A stretch of DNA of 64,000 bases from the human T2T-CHM13v2.0 reference genome, Homo sapiens. The stretch is from the NCBI RefSeq assembly GCF_009914755.1, contig NC_060946.1, one strand, 5' to 3'. Shown here piece after piece: positions 27,449 through 40,917 of this stretch. How positions within the stretch are numbered: the first letter of the stretch is position 1; each line of letters opens with the position of its first letter. Position numbers and translations under genes: made by a program. The notes beneath the pieces are model-generated. The model saw nothing but the letters and a program-made list of their open reading frames with translations, had not been told where the DNA came from and ran no database searches.

Positions 27449-30400
27449 GCAGTTTCTGAGAATGCTTCTGTCTAGATTTTATAGGAAGATATTCCCGTTT
27501 CCAACGAAATCTTCACAGCTATCCAAATATCCACTTGCAGATTCTACAAAAAGAGTGTATCAAAACTGCTCTGTCAAAAGGAAGGTTCTTCTCTGTTAGG
27601 TGAGTGCATACGTCATAAAGGAGTTTCTGAGAATGTTTCTGTCTAGTGGTTATGGGAAGATATTTGCTTTTTCACCGTAGGCCTCAGAGCGCTCCAAATA
27701 TCCACTTGCACATACTACAAAAAGAGTGCCTCAAAGCTGCTCTCTGAAACGGAATGTTCAACTCTATGAGTTGAATGCAAACATCACAAAGACGTTTCTG
27801 AGAATGCTTCTGTCTAGATTTGATTTGAAGATATTCCCGTTTCCAACGAAATCTTCAAATCTATCCAAATGTCCACTTGCAGATTCAACAAAAAGTGTTT
27901 TTCAGAACTGCTCTATCAAAAGAAAGATCCACCTCTGTTAGCTGAGTTCACACATCACAAACAAGTTTATGAGAATGCTTCTGTCTAGTTTTTATTTGAA
28001 GATATTTCCTTTCTCACCATAGACCTGAAAGCTGTCCTAATGTTCACTTCCAGATACTACAGAAAGAGTGTTTCAAAACTGCTGTACGAAAGGGAATTTT
28101 CAACTCTGTGACTTGAATGCACACATCACAAAGAAGTTTCTGAGGATGCTGCTGTCTACTTTTTATACGTAATCCCGTTTCCAACGAAATCCTCCAAGCT
28201 ATCCAAATATCCACTTGCAGATTCCACAGAAAGACTGTTTCAAAACTGCTCTGTCAATAGAAAGGTTCAACTCTGTTAGCTGCGTGCATATATCCCAAAG
28301 AAGATTCTGAGATTGCTTCTGTCTAGTTTTTATGGGAAGATATTTCCCTTTTCACCGTAGGCGTCAAGGCGCTCCAAATGTCCACTTCCAGATACTACAA
28401 AAAGAGTGTTTCAAACCTACTCTGTGAAAGGGAATATTCAACTCTGTGACTTGAATGCACATATCACAAAGAAGTTTCTGAGAATGCTTCTGTCGAGATT
28501 TTATATGAAGATATTCCCGTTTCCAACGAAATCCTGAAATCTATCCAAATATCCCCTCGCAGATTCTACAAAAAGAGTGTTTCAAAACTGCTCTGTAAAA
28601 AGAAAGGTTCAACTCTGTTAGTTGAGTACACACATCACAAACAAGTTTCACAGAATGCTTCTTTCTAGCTTGTAGGGGAAGATATTCCCTTTATCACCAT
28701 GGTCCTCAAACCGTCCGAAACGTCCACTTCCATATACTACAAAAAGAGCGTTTCAAACCTGCTCTAGGAAAGGCAATGTTCAACTCTGTGACTTGAATGC
28801 AGACATCACAGAACAGTTTCTGAGAATGCTTCTGTCTAGATTTTATAGGAAGATATTCCCGTTTCCAACGAAATCTTCACAGCTATCCAAATATCCACTT
28901 GCAGATTCTACAAAAAGAGTGTATCAAAACTGCTCTGTCAAAAGGAAGGTTCTTCTCTGTTAGGTGAGTGCATACGTCATAAAGGAGTTTCTGAGAATGT
29001 TTCTGTCTAGTGGTTATGGGAAGATATTTGCTTTTTCACCGTAGGCCTCAGAGCGCTCCAAATATCCACTTGCACATACTACAAAAAGAGTGCCTCAAAG
29101 CTGCTCTCTGAAACGGAATGTTCAACTCTATGAGTTGAATGCAAACATCACAAAGACGTTTCTGAGAATGCTTCTGTCTAGATTTGATATGAAGATATTC
29201 CCGTTTCCAACGAAATCTTCAAATCTATCCAAATGTCCACTTGCAGATTCAACAAAAAGTGTTTTTCAGAACTGCTCTATCAAAAGAAAGATCCACCTCT
29301 GTTAGCTGAGTTCACACATCACAAACAAGTTTATGAGAATGCTTCTGTCTAGTTTTTATTTGAAGATATTTCCTTTCTCACCATAGACCTGAAAGCTGTC
29401 CTAATGTTCACTTCCAGATACTACAGAAAGAGTGTTTCAAAACTGCTGTACGAAAGGGAATGTTCAACTCTGTGACTTGAATGCACACATCACAAAGAAG
29501 TTTCTGAGGATGCTGCTGTCTACTTTTTATACGTAATCCCGTTTCCAACGAAATCCTCCAAGCTATCCAAATATCCACTTGCAGATTCCACAGAAAGACT
29601 GTTTCAAAACTGCTCTGTCAATAGAAAGGTTCAACTCTGTTAGCTGCGTGCATATATCCCAAAGAAGATTCTGAGATTGCTTCTGTCTAGTTTTTATGGG
29701 AAGATATTTCCCTTTTCACCGTAGGCGTCAAGGCGCTCCAAATGTCCACTTCCAGATACTACAAAAAGAGTGTTTCAAACCTACTCTGTGAAAGCGAATA
29801 TTCAACTCTGTGACTTGAATGCACATATCACAAAGAAGTTTCTGAGAATGCTTCTGTCGAGATTTTATATGAAGATATTCCCGTTTCCAACGAAATCCTG
29901 AAATCTATCCAAATATCCCCTCGCAGATTCTACAAAAAGAGTGTTTCAAAACTGCTCTGTAAAAAGAAAGGTTCAACTCTGTTAGTTGAGTACACACATC
30001 ACAAACAAGTTTCACAGAATGCTTCTTTCTAGCTTGTAGGGGAAGATATTCCCTTTATCACCATGGGCCTCCAACCGTCCGAAACGTCCACTTCCATATA
30101 CTACCAAAAGAGCGTTTCAAACCTGCTCTAGGAAAGGCAATGTTCAACTCTGTGACTTGAATGCAGACATCACAGAACAGTTTCTGAGAATGCTTCTGTC
30201 TAGATTTTATAGGAAGATATTCCCGTTTCCAACGAAATCTTCACAGCTATCCAAATATCCACTTGCAGATTCTACAAAAAGAGTGTATCAAAACTGCTCT
30301 GTCAAAAGGAAGGTTCTTCTCTGTTAGGTGAGTGCATACGTCATAAAGGAGTTTCTGAGAATGTTTCTGTCTAGTGGTTATGGGAAGATATTTGCTTTTT

Positions 30401-33400
30401 CACCGTAGGCCTCAGAGCGCTCCAAATATCCACTTGCACATACTACAAAAAGAGTGCCTCAAAGCTGCTCTCTGAAACGGAATGTTCAACTCTATGAGTT
30501 GAATGCAAACATCACAAAGACGTTTCTGAGAATGCTTCTGTCTAGATTTGATATGAAGATATTCCCGTTTCCAACGAAATCTTCAAATCTATCCAAATGT
30601 CCACTTGCAGATTCAACAAAAAGTGTTTTTCAGAACTGCTCTATCAAAAGAAAGATCCACCTCTGTTAGCTGAGTTCACACATCACAAACAAGTTTATGA
30701 GAATGCTTCTGTCTAGTTTTTATTTGAAGATATTTCCTTTCTCACCATAGACCTGAAAGCTGTCCTAATGTTCACTTCCAGATACTACAGAAAGAGTGTT
30801 TCAAAACTGCTGTACGAAAGGGAATGTTCAACTCTGTGACTTGAATGCACACATCACAAAGAAGTTTCTGAGGATGCTGCTGTCTACTTTTTATACGTAA
30901 TCCCGTTTCCAACGAAATCCTCCAAGCTATCCAAATATCCACTTGCAGATTCCACAGAAAGACTGTTTCAAAACTGCTCTGTCAATAGAAAGGTTCAACT
31001 CTGTTAGCTGCGTGCATATATCCCAAAGAAGATTCTGAGATTGCTTCTGTCTAGTTTTTATGGGAAGATATTTCCCTTTTCACCGTAGGCGTCAAGGCGC
31101 TCCAAATGTCCACTTCCAGATACTACAAAAAGAGTGTTTCAAACCTACTCTGTGAAAGGGAATATTCAACTCTGTGACTTGAATGCACATATCACAAAGA
31201 AGTTTCTGAGAATGCTTCTGTCGAGATTTTATATGAAGATGTTCCCGTTTCCAACGAAATCCTGAAATCTATCCAAATATCACCTCGCAGATTCTACAAA
31301 AAGAGTGTTTCAAAACTGCTCTGTAAAAAGAAAGTTTCAACTCTGTTACTTGAGTACACACATCACAAACAAGTTTCACAGAATGCTTCTTTCTAGCTTG
31401 TAGGGGAAGATATTCCCTTTATCACCATGGTCCTCAAACCGTCCGAAACGTCCACTTCCATATACTACAAAAAGAGCGTTTCAAACCTGCTCTATGAAAG
31501 GCAATGTTCAACTCTGTGACTTGAATGCAGACATCACAGAGCAGTTTCTGAGAATGCTTCTGTCTAGATTTTATAGGAAGATATTCCCGTTTCCAACGAA
31601 ATCTTCACAGCTATCCAAATATCCACTTGCAGATTCTACAAAAAGAGTGTATCAAAACTGCTCTGTCAAAAGGAAGGTTCTTCTCTGTTAGGTGAGTGCA
31701 TACGTCATAAAGGAGTTTCTGAGAATGTTTCTGTCTAGTGGTTATGGGAAGATATTTGCTTTTTCACCGTAGGCCTCAGAGCGCTCCAAATATCCACTTG
31801 CACATACTACAAAAAGAGTGCCTCAAAGCTGCTCTCTGAAACGGAATGTTCAACTCTATGAGTTGAATGCAAACATCACAAAGACGTTTCTGAGAATGCT
31901 TCTGTCTAGATTTGATATGAAGATATTCCCGTTTCCAACGAAATCTTCAAATCTATCCAAATGTCCACTTGCAGATTCAACAAAAAGTGTTTTTCAGAAC
32001 TACTCTATCAAAAGAAAGATCCACCTCTGTTAGCTGAGTTCACACATCACAAACAAGTTTATGAGAATGCTTCTGTCTAGTTTTTATTTGAAGATATTTC
32101 CTTTCTCACCATAGACCTGAAAGCTGTCCTAATGTTCACTTCCAGATACTACAGAAAGAGTGTTTCAAAACTGCTGTACGAAAGGGAATGTTCAACTCTG
32201 TGACTTGAATGCACACATCACAAAGAAGTTTCTGAGGATGCTGCTGTCTACTTTTTATACGTAATCCCGTTTCCAACGAAATCCTCCAAGCTATCCAAAT
32301 ATCCACTTGCAGATTCCACAGAAAGACTGTTTCAAAACTGCTCTGTCAATAGAAAGGTTCAACTCTGTTAGCTGCGTGCATATATCCCAAAGAAGATTCT
32401 GAGATTGCTTCTGTCTAGTTTTTATGGGAAGATATTTCCCTTTTCACCGTAGGCGTCAAGGCGCTCCAAATGTCCACTTCCAGATACTACAAAAAGAGTG
32501 TTTCAAACCTACTCTGTGAAAGGGAATATTCAACTCTGTGACTTGAATGCACATATCACAAAGAAGTTTCTGAGAATGCTTCTGTCGAGATTTTATATGA
32601 AGATATTCCCGTTTCCAACGAAATCCTGAAATCTATCCAAATATCCCCTCGCAGATTCTACAAAAAGAGTGTTTCAAAACTGTTCTGTAAAAAGAAAGGT
32701 TCAACTCTGTTAGTTGAGTACACACATCACAAACAAGTATCACAGAATGCTTCTTTCTAGCTTGTAGGGGAAGATATTCCCTTTATCACCATGGGCCTCA
32801 AACCGTCCTAAACGTCCACTTCCATATACTTCAAAAAGAGCGTTTCAAACCTGCTCTATGAAAGGCAATGTTCAACTCTGTGACTTGAATGCAGACATCA
32901 CAGAGCTGTTTATGAGAATGCTTCTGTCTAGATTTTATAGGATGATATTCCCGTTTCCAACGAAATCTTCACAGCTATCCAAATATCCACTTGCAGATTC
33001 TACAAAAAGAGTGTATCCAAACTGCTCTGGCAAAAGGAAGGTTCTTCTCTGTTAGGTGAGTGCATACGTCATAAAGGAGTTTCTGAGAATGTTTCTGTCT
33101 AGTGGTTATGGGAAGATATTTGCTTTTTCACCATAGGCCTCAGAGCGCTCCAAATATCCACTTGCACATACTACAAAAAGAGTGCCTCAAAGCTGCTCTC
33201 TGAAATGGAATGTTCAACTCTATGAGTTGAATGCAAACATCACAAAGACGTTTCTGAGAATGCTTCTGTCTAGATTTGATATGAAGATATTCCCGTTTCC
33301 AACGAAATCTTCAAATCTATCCAAATGTCCACTTGCAGATTCAACAAAAAGTGTTTTTCAGAACTGCTCTATCAAAAGAAAGATCCACCTCTGTTAGCTG

Positions 33401-36400
33401 AGTTCACACATCCAAACAAGTTTATGAGAATGCTTCTGTCTAGTTTTTATTTGAAGATATTTCCTTTCTCACCATAGACCTGAAAGCTGTCCTAATGTTC
33501 ACTTCCAGATACTACAGAAAGAGTGTTTAAAAACTGCTGTACGAAAGGGAATGTTCAACTCTGTGACTTGAATGCACACATCACAAAGAAGTTTCTGAGG
33601 ATGCTGCTGTCTACTTTTTATACGTAATCCCGTTTCCAACGAAATCCTCCAAGCTATCCAAATATCCACTTGCAGATTCCACAGAAAGACTGTTTCAAAA
33701 CTGCTCTGTCAATAGAAAGGTTCAACTCTGTTAGCTGCGTGCATATATCCCAAAGAAGATTCTGAGATTGCTTCTGTCTAGTTTTTATGGGAAGATATTT
33801 CCCTTTTCACCGTAGGTGTCAAGGCGCTCCAAATGTCCACTTCCAGATACTACAAAAAGAGTGTTTCAAACCTACTCTGTGAAAAGGAATATTCAACTCT
33901 GTGACTTGAATGCACATATCACAAAGAAGTTTCTGAGAATGCTTCTGTCGAGATTTTATATGAAGATATTCCCGTTTCCAACGAAATCCTGAAATCTATC
34001 CAAATATCCCCTCGCAGATTCTACAAAAAGAGTGTTTCAAAACTGCTCTGTAAAAAGAAAGGTTCAACTCTGTTAGTTGAGTACACACATCACAAACAAG
34101 TTTCACAGAATGCTTCTTTCTAGCTTGTAGGGGAAGATATTCCCTTTATCACCATGGGCCTCCAACCGTCCGAAACGTCCACTTCCATATACTACAAAAA
34201 GAGCGTTTCAAACCTGCTCTAGGAAAGGCAATGTTCAACTCTGTGACTTGAATGCAGACATCACAGAGCAGTTTCTGAGAATGCTTCTGTCTAGATTTTA
34301 TAGGAAGATATTCCCGTTTCCAACGAAATCTTCACAGCTATCCAAATATCCACTTGCAGATTCTACAAAAAGAGTGTATCAAAACTGCTCTGTCAAAAGG
34401 AAGGTTCTTCTCTGTTAGGTGAGTGCATACGTCATAAAGGAGTTTCTGAGAATGTTTCTGTCTAGTGGTTATGGGAAGATATTTGCTTTTTCACCGTAGG
34501 CCTCAGAGCGCTCCAAATATCCACTTGCACATACTACAAAAAGAGTGCCTCAAAGCTGCTCTCTGAAACGGAATGTTCAACTCTATGAGTTGAATGCAAA
34601 CATCACAAAGACGTTTCTGAGAATGCTTCTGTCTAGATTTGATATGAAGATATTCCCGTTTCCAACGAAATCTTCAAATCTATCCAAATGTCCACTTGCA
34701 GATTCAACAAAAAGTGTTTTTCAGAACTGCTCTATCAAAAGAAAGATCCACCTCTGTTAGCTGAGTTCACACATCACAAACAAGTTTATGAGAATGCTTC
34801 TGTCTAGTTTTTATTTGAAGATATTTCCTTTCTCACCATAGACCTGAAAGCTGTCCTAATGTTCACTTCCAGATACTACAGAAAGAGTGTTTCAAAACTG
34901 CTGTACGAAAGGGAATGTTCAACTCTGTGACTTGAATGCACACATCACAAAGAAGTTTCTGAGGATGCTGCTGTCTACTTTTTATACGTAATCCCGTTTC
35001 CAACGAAATCCTCCAAGCTATCCAAATATCCACTTGCAGATTCCACAGAAAGACTGTTTCAAAACTGCTCTGTCAATAGAAAGGTTCAACTCTGTTAGCT
35101 GCGTGCATATATCCCAAAGAAGATTCTGAGATTGCTTCTGTCTAGTTTTTATGGGAAGATATTTCCCTTTTCACCGTAGGCGTCAAGGCGCTCCAAATGT
35201 CCACTTCCAGATACTACAAAAAGAGTGTTTCAAACCTACTCTGTGAAAGGGAATATTCAACTCTGTGACTTGAATGCACATATCACAAAGAAGTTTCTGA
35301 GAATGCTTCTGTCGAGATTTTATATGAAGATATTCCCGTTTCCAACGAAATCCTGAAATCTATCCAAATATCCCCTCGCAGATTCTACAAAAAGAGTGTT
35401 TCAAAACTGCTCTGTAAAAAGAAAGGTTCAACTCTGTTAGTTGAGTACACACATCACAAACAAGTTTCACAGAATGCTTCTTTCTAGCTTGTAGGGGAAG
35501 ATATTCCCTTTATCACCATGGTCCTCAAACCGTCCGAAACGTCCACTTCCATATACTACAAAAAGAGCGTTTCAAACCTGCTCTAGGAAAGGCAATGTTC
35601 AACTCTGTGACTTGAATGCAGACATCACAGAACAGTTTCTGAGAATGCTTCTGTCTAGATTTTATAGGAAGATATTCCCGTTTCCAACGAAATCTTCACA
35701 GCTATCCAAATATCCACTTGCAGATTCTACAAAAAGAGTGTATCAAAACTGCTCTGTCAAAAGGAAGGTTCTTCTCTGTTAGGTGAGTGCATACGTCATA
35801 AAGGAGTTTCTGAGAATGTTTCTGTCTAGTGGTTATGGGAAGATATTTGCTTTTTCACCGTAGGCCTCAGAGCGCTCCAAATATCCACTTGCACATACTA
35901 CAAAAAGAGTGCCTCAAAGCTGCTCTCTGAAACGGAATGTTCAACTCTATGAGTTGAATGCAAACATCACAAAGACGTTTCTGAGAATGCTTCTGTCTAG
36001 ATTTGATATGAAGATATTCCCGTTTCCAACGAAATCTTCAAATCTATCCAAATGTCCACTTGCAGATTCAACAAAAAGTGTTTTTCAGAACTGCTCTATC
36101 AAAAGAAAGATCCACCTCTGTTAGCTGAGTTCACACATCACAAACAAGTTTATGAGAATGCTTCTGTCTAGTTTTTATTTGAAGATATTTCCTTTCTCAC
36201 CATAGACCTGAAAGCTGTCCTAATGTTCACTTCCAGATACTACAGAAAGAGTGTTTCAAAACTGCTGTACGAAAGGGAATGTTCAACTCTGTGACTTGAA
36301 TGCACACATCACAAAGAAGTTTCTGAGGATGCTGCTGTCTACTTTTTATACGTAATCCCGTTTCCAACGAAATCCTCCAAGCTATCCAAATATCCACTTG

Positions 36401-39400
36401 CAGATTCCACAGAAAGACTGTTTCAAAACTGCTCTGTCAATAGAAAGGTTCAACTCTGTTAGCTGCGTGCATATATCCCAAAGAAGATTCTGAGATTGCT
36501 TCTGTCTAGTTTTTATGGGAAGATATTTCCCTTTTCACCGTAGGCGTCAAGGCGCTCCAAATGTCCACTTCCAGATACTACAAAAAGAGTGTTTCAAACC
36601 TACTCTGTGAAAGGGAATATTCAACTCTGTGACTTGAATGCACATATCACAAAGAAGTTTCTGAGAATGCTTCTGTCGAGATTTTATATGAAGATATTCC
36701 CGTTTCCAACGAAATCCTGAAATCTATCCAAATATCCCCTCGCAGATTCTACAAAAAGAGTGTTTCAAAACTGCTCTGTAAAAAGAAAGGTTCAACTCTG
36801 TTAGTTGAGTACACACATCACAAACAAGTTTCACAGAATGCTTCTTTCTAGCTTGTAGGGGAAGATATTCCCTTTATCACCATGGGCCTCCAACCGTCCG
36901 AAACGTCCACTTCCATATACTACAAAAAGAGCGTTTCAAACCTGCTCTAGGAAAGGCAATGTTCAACTCTGTGACTTGAATGCAGACATCACAGAGCAGT
37001 TTCTGAGAATGCTTCTGTCTAGATTTTATAGGAAGATATTCCCGTTTCCAACGAAATCTTCACAGCTATCCAAATATCCACTTGCAGATTCTACAAAAAG
37101 AGTGTATCAAAACTGCTCTGTCAAAAGGAAGGTTCTTCTCTGTTAGGTGAGTGCATACGTCATAAAGGAGTTTCTGAGAATGTTTCTGTCTAGTGGTTAT
37201 GGGAAGATATTTGCTTTTTCACCGTAGGCCTCAGAGCGCTCCAAATATCCACTTGCACATACTACAAAAAGAGTGCCTCAGAGCTGCTCTCTGAAACGGA
37301 ATGTTCAACTCTATGAGTTGAATGCAAACATCACAAAGACGTTTCCGAGAATGCTTCTGTCTAGATTTGATATGAAGATATTCCCGTTTCCAACGAAATC
37401 TTCAAATCTATCCAAATGTCCACTTGCAGATTCAACAAAAAGTGTTTTTCAGAACTGCTCTATCAAAAGAAAGATCCACCTCTGTTAGCTGAGTTCACAC
37501 ATCACAAACAAGTTTATGAGAATGCTTCTGTCTAGTTTTTATTTGAAGATATTTCCTTTCTCACCATAGACCTGAAAGCTGTCCTAATGTTCACTTCCAG
37601 ATACTACAGAAAGAGTGTTTCAAAACTGCTGTACGAAAGGGAATGTTCAACTCTGTGACTTGAATGCACACATCACAAAGAAGTTTCTGAGGATGCTGCT
37701 GTCTACTTTTTATACGTAATCCCGTTTCCAACGAAATCCTCCAAGCTATCCAAATATCCACTTGCAGATTCCACAGAAAGACTGTTTCAAAACTGCTCTG
37801 TCAATAGAAAGGTTCAACTCTGTTAGCTGCGTGCATATATCCCGAAGAAGATTCTGAGATTCCTTCTGTCTAGTTTTTATGGGAAGATATTTCCCTTTTC
37901 ACCGTAGGCGTCAAGGCGCTCCAAATGTCCACTTCCAGATACTACAAAAAGAGTGTTTCAAACCTACTCTGTGAAAGGGAATATTCAACTCTGTGACTTG
38001 AATGCACATATCACAAAGAAGTTTCTGAGAATGCTTCTGTCGAGATTTTATATGAAGATATTCCCGTTTCCAACGAAATCCTGAAATCTATCCAAATATC
38101 CCCTCGCAGATTCTACAAAAAGAGTGTTTCAAAACTGTTCTGTAAAAAGAAAGGTTCAACTCTGTTAGTTGAGTACACACATCACAAACAAGTATCACAG
38201 AATGCTTCTTTCTAGCTTGTAGGGGAAGATATTCCCTTTATCACCATGGGCCTCAAACCGTCCGAAACGTCCACTTCCATATACTTCAAAAAGAGCGTTT
38301 CAAACCTGCTCTATGAAAGGCAATGTTCAACTCTGTGACTTGAATGCAGACATCACAGAGCTGTTTATGAGAATGCTTCTGTCTAGATTTTATAGGATGA
38401 TATTCCCGTTTCCAACGAAATCTTCACAGCTATCCAAATATCCACTTGCAGATTCTACAAAAAGAGTGTATCCAAACTGCTCTGGCAAAAGGAAGGTTCT
38501 TCTCTGTTAGGTGAGTGCATACGTCATAAAGGAGTTTCTGAGAATGTTTCTGTCTAGTGGTTATGGGAAGATATTTGCTTTTTCACCGTAGGCCTCAGAG
38601 CGCTCCAAATATCCACTTGCACATACTACAAAAAGAGTGCCTCAAAGCTGCTCTCTGAAATGGAATGTTCAACTCTATGAGTTGAATGCAAACATCACAA
38701 AGACGTTTCTGAGAATGCTTCTGTCTAGATTTGATATGAAGATATTCCCGTTTCCAACGAAATCTTCAAATCTATCCAAATGTCCACTTCTATAATCAAC
38801 AAAAAGTGTTTTTCAGAACTGCTCTATCAAAAGAAAGATCCACCTCTGTTAGCTGAGTTCACACATCCAAACAAGTTTATGAGAATGCTTCTGTCTAGTT
38901 TTTATTTGAAGATATTTCCTTTCTCACCATAGACCTGAAAGCTGTCCTAATGTTCACTTCCAGATACTACAGAAAGAGTGTTTCAAAACTGCTGTACGAA
39001 AGGGAATGTTCAACTCTGTGACTTGAATGCACACATCACAAAGAAGTTTCTGAGGATGCTGCTGTCTACTTTTTATACGTAATCCCGTTTCCAACGAAAT
39101 CCTCCAAGCTATCCAAATATCCACTTGCAGATTCCACAGAAAGACTGTTTCAAAACTGCTCTGTCAATAGAAAGGTTCAACTCTGTTAGCTGCGTGCATA
39201 TATCCCAAAGAAGATTCTGAGATTGCTTCTGTCTAGTTTTTATGGGAAGATATTTCCCTTTTCACCGTAGGCGTCAAGGCGCTCCAAATGTCCACTTCCA
39301 GATACTACAAAAAGAGTGTTTCAAACCTACTCTGTGAAAGGGAATATTCAACTCTGTGACTTGAATGCACATATCACAAAGAAGTTTCTGATAATGCTTC

Positions 39401-40917
39401 TGTCGAGATTTTATATGAAGATATTCCCGTTTCCAACGAAATCCTGAAATCTATCCAAATATCCCCTCGCAGATTCTACAAAAAGAGTGTTTCAAAACTG
39501 CTCTGTAAAAAGAAAGGTTCAACTCTGTTAGTTGAGTACACACATCACAAACAAGTTTCACAGAATGCTTCTTTCTAGCTTGTAGGGGAAGATATTCCCT
39601 TTATCACCATGGGCCTCCAACCGTCCGAAACGTCCACTTCCATATACTACAAAAAGAGCGTTTCAAACCTGCTCTAGGAAAGGCAATGTTCAACTCTGTG
39701 ACTTGAATGCAGACATCACAGAGCAGTTTCTGAGAATGCTTCTGTCTAGATTTTATAGGAAGATATTCCCGTTTCCAACGAAATCTTCACAGCTATCCAA
39801 ATATCCACTTGCAGATTCTACAAAAAGAGTGTATCAAAACTGCTCTGTCAAAAGGAAGGTTCTTCTCTGTTAGGTGAGTGCATACGTCATAAAGGAGTTT
39901 CTGAGAATGTTTCTGTCTAGTGGTTATGGGAAGATATTTGCTTTTTCACCGTAGGCCTCAGAGCGCTCCAAATATCCACTTGCACATACTACAAAAAGAG
40001 TGCCTCAAAGCTGCTCTTTGAAAGGGAATGTTCAACTCTATGAGTTGAATGCAAACATCACAAAGACGTTTCTGAGAATGCTTCTGTCTAGATTTGATAT
40101 GAAGATATTCCCGTTTCCAACGAAATCTTCAAATCTATCCAAATGTCCACTTCTATAATCAACAAAAAGTGTTTTTCAGAACTGCTCTATCAAAAGAAAG
40201 ATCCACCTCTGTTAGCTGAGTTCACACATCCAAACAAGTTTATGAGAATGCTTCTGTCTAGTTTTTATTTGAAGATATTTCCTTTCTCACCATAGACCTG
40301 AAAGCTGTCCTAATGTTCACTTCCAGATACTACAGAAAGAGTGTTTAAAAACTGCTGTACGAAAGGGAATGTTCAACTCTGTGACTTGAATGCACACATC
40401 ACAAAGAAGTTTCTGAGGATGCTGCTGTCTACTTTTTATACGTAATCCCGTTTCCAACGAAATCCTCCAAGCTATCCAAATATCCACTTGCAGATTCCAC
40501 AGAAAGACTGTTTCAAAACTGCTCTGTCAATAGAAAGGTTCAACTCTGTTAGCTGCGTGCATATATCCCAAAGAAGATTCTGAGATTGCTTCTGTCTAGT
40601 TTTTATGGGAAGATATTTCCCTTTTCACCGTAGGTGTCAAGGCGCTCCAAATGTCCACTTCCAGATACTACAAAAAGAGTGTTTCAAACCTACTCTGTGA
40701 AAAGGAATATTCAACTCTGTGACTTTAATGCACATATCACAAAGAAGTTTCTGAGAATGCTTCTGTCGAGATTTTATATGAAGATATTCCCGTTTCCAAC
40801 GAAATCCTGAAATCTATCCAAATATCCCCTCGCAGATTCTACAAAAAGAGTGTTTCAAAACTGCTCTGTAAAAAGAAAGGTTCAACTCTGTTAGTTGAGT
40901 ACACACATCACAAACAA

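Noticed and set aside
38789-38797. New TATAAT/TATA-like promoter created by the clustered substitution
   Set aside because: A 6-bp AT-rich match with no supporting promoter elements. A bacterial -10 box has no meaning in this context, and no transcription evidence is available from the sequence.
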